Shown one piece after another: positions 26,640 through 38,049 of a DNA stretch of 64,000 bases (its first letter is position 1; every line of letters begins with the position of its first letter). The notes beneath the pieces are model-generated. The model was not told the DNA's origin. It saw only the letters and a list, made by a program, of their open reading frames with translations, and searched no databases. Position numbers and translations under genes: made by a program. Source of the stretch: Eledone cirrhosa (taxonomy: Eukaryota); the NCBI GenBank assembly GCA_964016885.1, contig OZ024747.1, forward strand, positions 48,360,001 to 48,424,000, read 5' to 3'.

Positions 26640-26907
26640 ATCTTTTCACTCGGAGAATATAAAATTCCTGAGTTCAAATTACGAACTGGCGCTATTCAAA
26701 ATTGTTCCCGAGATGAGAATAAATGAAGTGGAAGCAATTCTTTCAAGTGCCGTGTGTAAAGATAGAGGCAGAGGCAGGGAGGCCAGTCTGCTCCCGCTAT
26801 AACTAGCAGCAGTCAGAACGACCAAATTTTTTCTCAACCAAGAGGAGCATAATAATAAAGTATATGTTCCTACACGCACAAGGCGCTTCGTGTAGGAACA
26901 TATACTT

Positions 26908-26981
<74 letters not shown>

Positions 26982-27082
26982 TAAGATCAAAATATATTGA
27001 TTTAAACATATATGATATGTTGATATGTTGATTTAAAACTGCACTATCCACAAGTGTTTTTAACCTTCATATCATGTCCTCC

Positions 27083-27153
27083 TATTTTATCTGATGACAA
27101 CACAAATGTTATTGCATGATGATATTTGTTTTTGAAATGCGCATAATAAAATA
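27083..27153 (+). ncRNA. Type I hammerhead ribozyme
   Basis: Stem I TATTTTAT/ATAAAATA; CTGATGA 27091-27097; stem II ACAAATGT/ATATTTGT (first pair mismatched); GAAA 27134-27137; palindromic stem III ATGCGCAT; element 26972-27280 lies between (TA)n tracts. Confidence 0.8.
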
Positions 27154-27276
27154 CATGGAACTCATTTAACCATCTTTTGATCTTATATATTATGTATACT
27201 CCAGTCCTACAAATTGTAGAGTGCTTCTTATTCGATATCTGCATTGCTTTATTGTACTACAATAAAACTCACCTCC

Positions 27277-27355
<79 letters not shown>

Positions 27356-27384
27356 CATATATATATATATAAACATATATATAT

Positions 27385-27547
27385 ATATGTGTGTGTGTAT
27401 TTTGTGCGCAAGTGCACGCCTAGGAAAGAACCTTGGCAAACGCGAATGAGGCATTTTAAAGCTTAAAGTGTTACAATGAGAGTGAGATCAAATTGCTGAT
27501 CGACGACAACAACAACAACAACAGTAGCAGCCGCAACATCAACAAAA

Positions 27548-27608
<61 letters not shown>

Positions 27609-27908
27609 TTTGTGAGCCCAAGCGTGTGTGTAAATGATCGTATATAGCTGCGTATGTGTATCCTCCTATGTGTCGTGTCTTGTCTCTTTATTCCGATATC
27701 TAAGCAATTGTAGTTGTTATTGTTTTTGTTGATGTTGCTGTTGCGGCTGCTACTGTTGTTGTTGTTGTTGTCGTCGATCAGCAATTTGATCTCACCCTCA
27801 TTGTAACACTTTAAGCTTTAAAATGCCTCATTCGCGTTTGCCAAGGTTCTTTCTTACGCGTGCGTGCACTTGCGCACAAAATACACTCACACACACACAC
27901 ACACATAT
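27385..27908. repeat. Fold-back element with ~170-bp inverted arms and a spacer containing (TA)n
   Basis: gtattttgtgcgcaagtgcacg...aacaaaaaca is inverted at 27721-27885. Confidence 0.85.
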
Positions 27909-27954
27909 ATGTTTAAATAAACATAATATACAAATTTGTTGGTGTACAAATATA

Positions 27955-28006
<52 letters not shown>

Positions 28007-29903
28007 TATAGAGAGAGATATAGTTAGATATATAGAGACACACACATATAAAGATATATGTATGTATGTATGTTTGTATCCATGTATATATATATATATA
28101 TAATATATATATATACTCCCATTCCCTCCCATTAAACACACTGTTAGATTATGACCATTCACCCAAACCTCTTGGTGGTCTGACAGACAAGATTGAAGCT
28201 AATGAGATGAAGACGGTGGCGGTATGGATTTGTAAAAGTAGATTGTTAATAGATTGCACTTAAAGGAACGTAGTATGACCTGCCATTGTTGTCAAACCTC
28301 GAACTGTGTGTGAGGCGTAATATGCCACAGTTCTATAGTGCCTTACACTGTAAAATTCGCTGTTGCTAGTTCGAGTTTTACTCCGAAACTTAGTTACATT
28401 AAAACATAAGACCTTACTGTTATATTGCAACCCTTACTGGCTTTAGAATAGTGTTTATATTTATAAAAAAAACCTGCCATCATACTTTTATGCAAGAACA
28501 ATTGTTAAGTTATGTTTCAACACCACCGTATATCTATTGATTATAAACCGCATGAAACTGTTCACGATTCTATAATAGAAAACTGATTATTTGAATGTGT
28601 TTATCTAAAAACTTTCCATCAAGTCGTTCCAAACATCAGCTTAACCTCTCAAAATGTTTAGATATTTTCAAAATTATTTGAAATGTTTAGGCAGTATTTT
28701 TCATTAGAAATATGGTAAGGAAAGGGTTATATAATTTTACGTAAGAACATTTGTTAAGTTAATAATGAGAAAATTAATTATTTTATTAAATTTCTTCAAA
28801 GTTTTCATTATTTTCAAAATGATTAAAAAATTATGTGTAATGTCTTTCATTAAAAATATGGTAAAGAAAGGGTTAAATCACATACAAACACACTCTGACC
28901 TACATACCGTTACCTGTTAAATGCCCTCTAAACCTAGTTCAAGTATAGATGGAGGATAGTTTCTTAAGCAGACTTTAACTACAAATTAACGGTTAGTAAA
29001 TGTGGTCGACCCACAGACAGGGTGTCTCCTATCTCTACAACTACTACAACGGCCTCTGGTCCTTGAAGTTGGCTTTTCTTTTACTACTTCTCCTTGGATA
29101 CTCCCAGTTCACTCTTCTCCCCTTATCATGTTGCGTCGAATCTCCTCCTCTTGGATCTGCGCTAACTACTACATACAGTCTTTCCTGTCCAGAAAAACAA
29201 CAGCATCAACTTTCCTGGTTTCGGTGGGGCTATGAAGGTCATTTTCTTTGATTTCTTTCGTTTTTCTTTTATCTCGCTAGGGAATTCGTTGACAAGCTTC
29301 TTTTATTTATTTTCTTCGTTTTCTTCATTCAAATGCATTCACACTGGCTGTCTCAGAGACATACAACTATGGCTTATAAAACTTACCTAAGTAAATAGCC
29401 TAGCGCCCTCCAAAGCTTCAAACGCCCCCCCCCCCCTAACGCCCCTTGCTCCAAAACGCTGCGTTGAGAACGTTTGGTCTAGACCTAATAAAAAAATATA
29501 ATAAAATATTTATTTGTCATTGCTCCCGAAAATACTTTCAAGCATGTTTTATAAAATTGGTTTTTGAGATAAGTAGAGGGGCGAGGGAGATGACTATAGT
29601 CGGCAAATAAACCCCCAAATCAATGTTTTATCGACTCTAGAAGTATTAAAAAAAGCGAATCTAGACTCAAAACGCAAAAGCGTTTAATAATAATGGGTAA
29701 CAAACCTATCCTGTCATCCAGTTTTACACAAATTCCCGGGCTTGGGGCACGTTTAGCACGACCATCATGCTGCAAACATTCAAGCCATGTTTCGGTTCGA
29801 GAATTAATTCCTTTCAACAGTTTCGGAAGCCTGAAAAACCTTCCCAACAAGAGGGAAATGTCTCTACGATTGGCTATGTTTTATTATTAATGAATTAATT
29901 AAA

Positions 29904-30096
29904 GGCGGTGGATTGGCAGTATCGGTAGAGAGTCGGACACCATGCTTTGCAGCATAGAGTTACGTCCCTTTATGATCTGAGTTCAAATCCCGCCAAGGTT
30001 AACTTTGCCTTTCATCCTTACGGGGGTCGATGAAATAAAATACCAGTAATATACTGGGTAATTGCTGGCCTTGTGCCAATAGTAGAAACAATTATT
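29904..30096 (+). mobile_element. Full-length major SINE
   Basis: ggcggtggattggcagtatcggtag (A-box)...gagttcaaatccc (B-box)...gtagaaacaattatt. Confidence 0.88.
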
Positions 30097-30522
30097 AATG
30101 AATTAATATAATCGTTAGAACTCTCTCTCTCACACGCGCACACACACACTCATACACACACGCATACACACATAGACACACACATAGACATACACACACA
30201 CACACACACACATATACACATATATACATACAAACATGTGCAAACACACAAAAGTGTAAGTATCAACAAAAATACACGGATAAATACAGACAAACACATA
30301 CATACATATATATATATATGTATGCGTGCGTGGGTGTGTGAGTGAGTATATCTCTCTCTATATATATGTATGCGTGCGTGGGTGTGTGAGTGAGTATATC
30401 TCTCTCTATATATATGTATGAATGTATATATATGAATGCATATATATGTTTATATGTATATATGTATATGTACGTATATATATATCTATATATATATATG
30501 CACGGGCGAATACATATACTTA

Positions 30523-31033
30523 TTTATATATATGAAACTGAGGATGTCTGTCTGTGTGTGTGTATATGTGTGTCTTTGAATCCCTAAAACTCGAGAAGTA
30601 CCCAACCGACTTTTTTCAAACTTTACATGTGTATTACATATGTTTCAGGGAGTGTTATGCACATAAATTCAACTTTTTGATCACCTAGGACCCGCATTAG
30701 GTGAAAAACTGCGTTTTTAAAAGCTTTTAAGGGTTTTTTGAGGCGTTACGTCAGACCGATTTCCTTGAAATTATAACTATGTATTAGTCAGTCTCTTCTT
30801 CATACCGTAAGAAAAGAAAATCCAACTTTTTTATGGCCTAGGGACCGCATTAGGTGAAAACCTGCATTTTTCCTGCTTCATCGAGGAAAATCTTAAAGAT
30901 TATCCAGCCATCAGAGTATTCAGTTTATTTTCTTTACATATTGTTGAGGTATGCAGTTTTTCCACGATTAGGTCTGTTGGCGACCCGCTTTCCAAAATAC
31001 CCTATCCCGTGCAACGCCGGGTACCACTGCTAG
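30523..31033 (+). mobile_element. Non-autonomous Helitron
   Basis: 5' t(c/t)tatatatat(a/g)aaa shared with 23536; 3' GC hairpin cccgtgcaacgccggg followed by CTAG|T at 31030-31034. Confidence 0.75.
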
Positions 31034-31101
<68 letters not shown>

Positions 31102-31349
31102 CTCTCTCTGTCTCTCTCTCTCTCTATATATATCTATATATGTATGTATATATATCAAAATAGATATGGAGTAGCGGATACACTGAACTACTGTCTGATT
31201 TACAGGAAACCGTTGTATCTCAGTTTACCAAAACTGAAATTAACGAACATCAATGCTAGTCTATGTGTATATGTTTGCCTACATATCTGTGTGTGAGCTT
31301 TCTTTTTGCTTCCCTTGCGTATTGATGCACATGTATGTATGCATATATC

Positions 31350-31460
<111 letters not shown>

Positions 31461-31592
31461 AATACATTTTAAAATAACTGCTCATTCATATTTCTGTTAT
31501 AAATACCAGCAATAAATATTTTCATTCTACTTCTGCATTGAATACGTTTTCTCTTCTCTGTACAAGCACACACACACACACACACACGGGCG

Positions 31593-31692
<100 letters not shown>

Positions 31693-31975
31693 AATGGCTA
31701 AATAACGTAAATAAAGTATATATGTAAATACAGTATATATATATATATATATATAATTAAGTTAAAAATGTACATCCACATATGTATACTGAAATACTAG
31801 TATGCATATGAATACACACACGTATACATATGTAGATGTACCAAGTTTTTCACTGGTCACTTTACTGTGAGTGTCCAGCTATTCTGTATGTAAACACACA
31901 GACAAACCGGTTTTTAGAGTCATACTGGTTTTTGAGGAAACACCTTTCCTCTATTCTCCAGAAAGCCAGACAAGG

Positions 31976-32020
31976 AATATTGAACTAGTTTCGTTGTTGT
32001 TACAACTCATCAGCAATATT
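31976..32020 (-). ncRNA. Minimal type I hammerhead ribozyme
   Basis: AATATTG-CTGATGA-GTTG TAACAA CAAC-GAAA-CTAG-TT-CAATATT on the minus strand. Confidence 0.9.
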
Positions 32021-32459
32021 TACCTATCTTCCGGCCTTTCTGGAGAATCGTAAAAGCACATATCGTTATATGCTTTTTCTATGAAAATTAGTAGTGGGCA
32101 GACTAATTTGCATAGAGTGTGAGTACGTACCGGTTCAACGGAGACGATAAAAACAAATAACGAAACGAAATTAAATTTCGTTTCGTTTGTAACTCACTTT
32201 TGTATGACTGACGCTTAAACAATTAAGTTAAAAATGTACATCCACATATGTATACTGAAATACTAGTATGCATATGAATACACACACGTATACATATGTA
32301 GATGTACCAAGTTTTTCACTGGTCACTTTACTGTGAGTGTCCAGCTATTCTGTATGTAAACACACAGACAAACCGGTTTTTAGAGTCATACTGGTTTTTG
32401 AGGAAACACCTTTCCTCTATTCTCCAGAAAGCCAGACAAGAAAGGCCGGAAGATAGGTA

Positions 32460-32504
32460 AATATTGCTGATGAGATGTAACAACATCGAAACTAGTTCAA
32501 TATT
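32460..32504 (+). ncRNA. Minimal type I hammerhead ribozyme, compensatory stem II variant
   Basis: AATATTG-CTGATGA-GATG TAACAA CATC-GAAA-CTAG-TT-CAATATT. Confidence 0.9.
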
Positions 32505-32925
32505 CCTTGTCTGGCTTTCTGGAGAATAGAGGAAAGGTGTTTCCTCAAAAACCAGTATGACTCTAAAAACCGGTTTGTCTGTGTGTTTACATACAGAATA
32601 GCTGGACACTCACAGTAAAGTGACCAGTGAAAAACTTGGTACATCTACATATGTATACGTGTGTGTATTCATATGCATACTAGTATTTCAGTATACATAT
32701 GTGGATGTACATTTTTAACTTAATTGTTTAAGCGTCAGTCATACAAAAGTGAGTTACAAACGAAACGAAATTTAATTTCGTTTCGTTATTTGTTTTTATC
32801 GTCTCCGTTGAACCGGTACGTACTCACACTCTATGCAAATTAGTCTGCCCACTACTAATTTTCATAGAAAAAGCATATAACGATATGTGCTTTTACGATT
32901 CTCCAGAAAGGCCGGAAGATAGGTA

Positions 32926-32970
32926 AATATTGCTGATGAGTTGTAACAACAACGAAACTAGTTCAATATT
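32926..32970 (+). ncRNA. Minimal type I hammerhead ribozyme
   Basis: AATATTG-CTGATGA-GTTG TAACAA CAAC-GAAA-CTAG-TT-CAATATT; GUU cleavage after 32963. Confidence 0.9.
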
Positions 32971-33258
32971 CCTTGTCTGGCTTTCTGGAGAATAGAGGAA
33001 AGGTGTTTCCTCAAAAACCAGTATGACTCTAAAAACCGGTTTGTCTGTGTGTTTACATACAGAATAGCTGGACACTCACAGTAAAGTGACCAGTGAAAAA
33101 CTTGGTACATCTACATATGTATACGTGTGTGTATTCATATGCATACTAGTATTTCAGTATACATATGTGGATGTACATTTTTAACTTAATTGTTTAAGCG
33201 TCGGTCATACAAAAGTGAGTTACAAACGAAACGAAATTTAATTTCGTTTCGTTATTTG

Positions 33259-33307
<49 letters not shown>

Positions 33308-33361
33308 CATTCTATTGTAAAACTCATTCTTTGATGTATTCATTGAACCTTGTTTAACTTT

Positions 33362-33449
<88 letters not shown>

Positions 33450-33944
33450 TGTATATGTGTGTATGCGTCTGAGTGTGTATGTGAGTGAGTGTGTGTATGG
33501 ATGTGAGTGAGTGTGTGTGTATGTGAGTGAGTGTGTGTGTATGTGAGTGAGTGTGTGTGTATATGAGTGAGTGCGTGTGTGTATGTGAGGGAGTGTGTGT
33601 GTATGTGAGTGAGTGTGTGTGTGTGGGCCCATTTTCAAGGATTTTCTTGTTCTCTTTTCTGCAGTCTTTCATTGGTCCAGTCAACCAGTCAACCACTCAA
33701 CCAATACCTCATCAGCCATCAATTCATTCAACTACCACGCCACTCAAACATACATCCTTTCATTTAACTAACCAGCTGACTCAACGGTGAGTGATATTAT
33801 TGTTTAACGGGATATATGAGTGGTAAATGAAATCTTTCAAACCCACAATCACTGACAAAATCATTTTAATACAGTTATAAGTTAAATCTCAATGGCCACA
33901 ATTTTGCAGGTCGGAGTCTATCTATCTAAGTATCTATCTATCTT

Positions 33945-34074
33945 TGTTATATTTTATATTTTTATATTTTTATATTTTGTTATTGCCTTTTTATTGAGGA
34001 CGCCTTTTTATGTAAACTCCCCCCCATTGTACTTGTCCCACTCTTTGATGCCCTGGTGGCAAATAAAAAGAAAG

Positions 34075-34077
<3 letters not shown>
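33945..34077 (+). mobile_element. Isolated Tx1-family 3' UTR end inside (TATC)n
   Basis: tatgtaaactcccccccattgtacttgtccc...aaataaaaagaaagtt followed by (TATC)n. Confidence 0.8.
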
Positions 34078-34165
<88 letters not shown>

Positions 34166-34166
<1 letters not shown>

Positions 34167-35620
34167 GTACTGACTCTCGAGCCATTACTGCAGAAGTTGG
34201 AGTTGTTGCAGGGCATCCCGATTGAACCAGGACTGCGGAAAGCAGCGTCGGCCTATGCCGACGACGTAACCGTAATGGTGTCGAAAACCTCGGACATCGG
34301 GGTAATCGGCAACCATTTACAGGAATACAAAACGTTGACAGGAGCATGACTAAACCCAAACAAGTCTATCGGTTTGCAGCTCGGCACATGGAGAGGCAAA
34401 CCCATGCCTTCCGACAGTGTCGTTGGACGCTGGACAGAAGGACCGGTGAAATTGCTTGGGGTCTGGTTTGGTCCAGACCTCCAGGTGGACAAGAACTGGG
34501 ACGAGGTCACGGCGAAGGTGTTTGCACTCACCCAGAAGTGGGCTGAGTGTAAACTCTCCTTGAAAGGTCGAGCGGAGGTGGCGAACACTTACATAGCGTC
34601 CGTCATCTACTACCGCTTGACAGTTGTGCCTTGTCCCCGCGAATACCTCACCAAAATGGAACGCCTACTCTTCAAGTTCCTCTGGAAGAAACAGGCTCCA
34701 TTGGTGAGGAGATCCATCTGCTGTCAACACCCTTCTAACGGAGGGCTGGGCATGCCGTGGCTGATGATGCTGAAACACGAGCTGAGGCTACGCCATCTCC
34801 AGGTATTCCTGACCGGCAAACCGGTGTGGCAGTCGTTTGTGAGACAAGCTCTCCCACAACTCGTCTGACTAATAGAGCTGCTGTCCTGGGTCAAGCGAAG
34901 ACCGAAAATGGGTGCCTGGAACCTCGAGTGCCTACAGGCGCTCACAGCCCTCTACCAAGCGGAAACGGCAATCAACGGAGACTCTATAGGGGATTAGTGG
35001 AGGATAAATGCGACGACGTTTTCGGGGAAACTCTAGACATCGAGGAGGACGAACTGACCAGTCTGTTCGGGAGGACTTTCTGTCCAGGGCCTATGGATAA
35101 CTTCCAGAGGTCTCTGGCCTGGCAGTGCTACCGAGGAGCTCTACTAGTTCGAGACAAAATCTACAGGCACGGACGCCCTGGCAGAGATCCTGCCAAAAAG
35201 ACCTGTCCAAGATGCGAGAAGGACATCGAAACCGTTCTGCACGCAATTGTTCAGTGCCCAGGGGTGACCTACCTGTGGAATTATGTCGAACAGCTACTGT
35301 CACGCGTGGGACGCCACCCAGTTGCCAGCCGAGTCCATCGTGAGGATCACCCCGCCGCCTTCATTTAAGAATGAAGGAGAGGCGGTTTTCCTCTGTCTGG
35401 TGGCTATGGCGAAAGAGGTAATATGGTGGACGAGGTTAAAAGGACTGAGAGCAAACACCTTTCTCTCCGGACAACAAATTAGCCCCTTCTTTAAGTACCA
35501 CTTCAGAAGGAAGGTGAGAGTGGAGAGAGAGGTGCTACACCCCAGTAAATTCGCTAAAATGTGGGTGAATGTAGCGAAAATGGCCTGAGTGAATGGGCCT
35601 TCTCTGTATATAAACCTGTA
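34166..35620 (+). mobile_element. 5'-truncated, decayed Tx1-like ORF2 copy (related subfamily)
   Basis: SAYADDVTVMVS, LGVWFGPDLQV, GGLGMPWL, CPRC...HAIVQC; collinear with 15297-16770; starts directly after (TATC)n. Confidence 0.92.
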
Positions 35621-35975
35621 CGAAATGGAAATTGCTTCGTTAAGAATATTGTTTATTCCTGTACTGTCATAACTTCTATCATCTCCTAAACCTATATTGG
35701 CTCTACTTCGAATAGTTTTAAGACAAGGTATAATTCCCATATTCATACTTTCAAAAATTCTAAGCTTAAGCATGCGACCACATTGTCTAGTTTTATATCA
35801 TATTTGAAGAACAATAATACACCTTATAGCCTGATCTGGAAGGTGATTGCCAAAACTTCACCCTATAAACCTCCCAATAAAATTTGAACCTTTGCCTTCT
35901 TGAGTCTCATATAATTATTTTTTCTAAACTAAATTTATGAAATAGAAAATCTGAAATCTTTCGACCTGTCCTCAT
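35621..35975 (+). pseudogene. Penelope-like GIY-YIG endonuclease C-terminal remnant
   Basis: Hand translation: NGNCFVKNIVYSCTV...*TYIGSTSNSFKTRYNSHIHTF...LIWKVIAKTSPYKPPNKI / LCLLESHII...*NRKSEIF / TCPH, with stops and frameshifts. Confidence 0.85.
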
Positions 35976-37282
35976 ATAAATCTCCATTCTTTTCACTATT
36001 TTAGACTTACTAACTAATTGATATCAATGTAGATTTGATACCTTCTTTTTTTTCAGTACCACTAGTCAGTGTATAATAATTATTTAAAGTTCTTTAGTTT
36101 TGCAATCATTAACCCTGGAAATTTTCTATTTTTCCTTACTAAATCTATATTAACTCTCCCATATATAGAATATCTTACTTGAAATACCTCCCCTTTATTT
36201 TGAAACCGTATTTATTTAAAGGATTAATTTTCAAATTCCATGCTAAATTGGATGATTTGTACTGTTAATGGTGTGTGACTTTATCTCCTTTATTGAACTA
36301 TGTGGTGCTTTGGATGATGTATCTTGAGTGCCTCACTGATAATACTTCCATCTATATTGGATTTTTTCACTTTTTTTACTTTGAAGGCTTGATTGTTGTA
36401 TTTATTTCCTCCGCACAATATTAACTCCTTTGGACGTTTCGAAAAAATTGTTATTATGAATGACTTATGTGGTCGAACTTATAGTCTTGCACCTGTCTGT
36501 AATCCCTGGATGTGCTACACGTGCATCTAACCCTTTTAAAATATATTTTTGGAGTGTATTTTTAAAATATATTTTAAAAATATATATTTGAAATACATAT
36601 TTTCCCACTGTCTCCTATTATTAACTTTCTTAACTGTTTATGATATATGACTTTCACTCTATTTATCTTATATGAAACCGCATGTTTTAAAAAAACTTTT
36701 ATTGCATTTATTATCTGCTCCTATTTTTCATATGTTTTTCCGCCTCAGTTACCTTATATAAATTTTAATGTTTGCGCTTATCTAACCTCCCACGTTATGC
36801 ATCCTCTTAATGTTCTTGTCACAAAGTTTGATTTTATATTTGTGTTTAACTTTTGTTAATAACTCCGATGATTCCGGTCTTTTGAAACGTTTGAAAGATT
36901 AAACACTCATTGATTGTCATTTACATTGTATATATGTATGTATGTTTCGTTGTCCTTTTTAGAACTTTTCATGAAATATACATATATATATATACTACAA
37001 AAAAGAAAAGAAATATCAAGTGAATGTGTGTGTGTGTTGCGTGCGCCCCCCATACATATATGTATGTGGCTGTGTGTATTTGTATATATATATATGCATT
37101 TAGATTTTTTCAATTTTACCCACAACTCTCACATTTACACTATTACAATATATTTAAAAATTGTGGGTTTTTTTAAAACTCCGATATAATACCAGGTCTA
37201 TAATCACTGAGGGTCCCTATCATGCAGTGGTACTATCAGTAATCAGTAATCTCAGACTCATAAGCTAGACTAGACTCTATAT

Positions 37283-37772
37283 CAGGGGTCAGCAACTCTC
37301 AGCCCGCGGGCCACATCCGGCCCGCCAACAGGTTTCAATCTTAGGCAAAGCGATCCATGAAAAACTGCTCTGAATTATTTTGGATTAGAAAACCGACTAG
37401 AGAAACGTTTAGCCACAAGACTTAGCCAAACGTAATTTTTTGCATGACAGTAACAATCAATCAAACTCAGACAGATAGAATCTCATTAAACAATTTACCA
37501 TTTCTGCTTGTGTTTTATTTGTTTTAAGGAATGTCATTTAAGTAATATCACATAAAATTCATTGTTCTTCTTTAAATCCCTGGATTAAGGTAGCTACTGG
37601 GCAGAACAGTCTGAGTTTGAGCAAATTTATTATATTTTGGAATTATAGCCCGCCGACGAGATACTGCATAGCTATGTGGCCCGCCGACGAGATACTGCAT
37701 AACTATGTGGCCCGCCGATGAGACACTGCATAGCAATATGGCCTGCACACCCCAAAAGGTTGCCGACCCTTG
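37283..37772. mobile_element. hAT-like (Charlie-type) MITE
   Basis: TIRs CAGGGGTCAGCAAC / GTTGCCGACCCTTG; 8-bp TSD ctctatat/ctctatag; internal 31-bp repeat x3. Confidence 0.85.
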
Positions 37773-38049
37773 CTCTATAGCCTAGTTATGGCTACTAGTC
37801 TTGGATATGGGCAGCTCTGATATAAAAACCTGAGGCTTCTGAGGTTTTGGGTCTTGTCATTCTATATATCACACTAATGAAATCTTCTGTGGTCAAGAAG
37901 TGGAGATAGTTTTGTGCAAGCTATATGCACTCAAAATATTTTCAACTGCACAGGTACTTCTTGTACAATACAGGCTCAATGAACACCAGTCATATGGTTG
38001 GCAGTAAACCTTGAAATGCTTTTAAAAATATTTTGAAATGTCTCAAACA

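Larger units (their letters stand above)
31755..33263. mobile_element. Inverted retrozyme-like array: 466-bp units, minus-sense 31755-32440 and plus-sense 32441-33263, family D
   Basis: Near-identical tandem units in both orientations, three HHRs, octamer upstream of the HHR in complete units, (TA)n on both outer sides. Confidence 0.92.

Noticed and set aside
26679-26879. Penelope endonuclease C-terminus upstream of the 26.6 kb HHR
   Set aside because: Only a faint ASY..SR/CLCL resemblance across frames; not supportable without alignment
29000-29250. Possible exon or gag knuckle (minus-strand CSSCRDRRH)
   Set aside because: Spacing does not fit CCHC, frames contain stops, nothing recognisable
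29904-30000. tRNA gene
   Set aside because: A/B boxes belong to the multi-copy SINE head; no cloverleaf
31871-33075. Repeated 60-93 aa ORFs (MSSYSVCKH...)
   Set aside because: GTG-start ORFs antisense to the ribozyme in a repeat unit; no coding evidence
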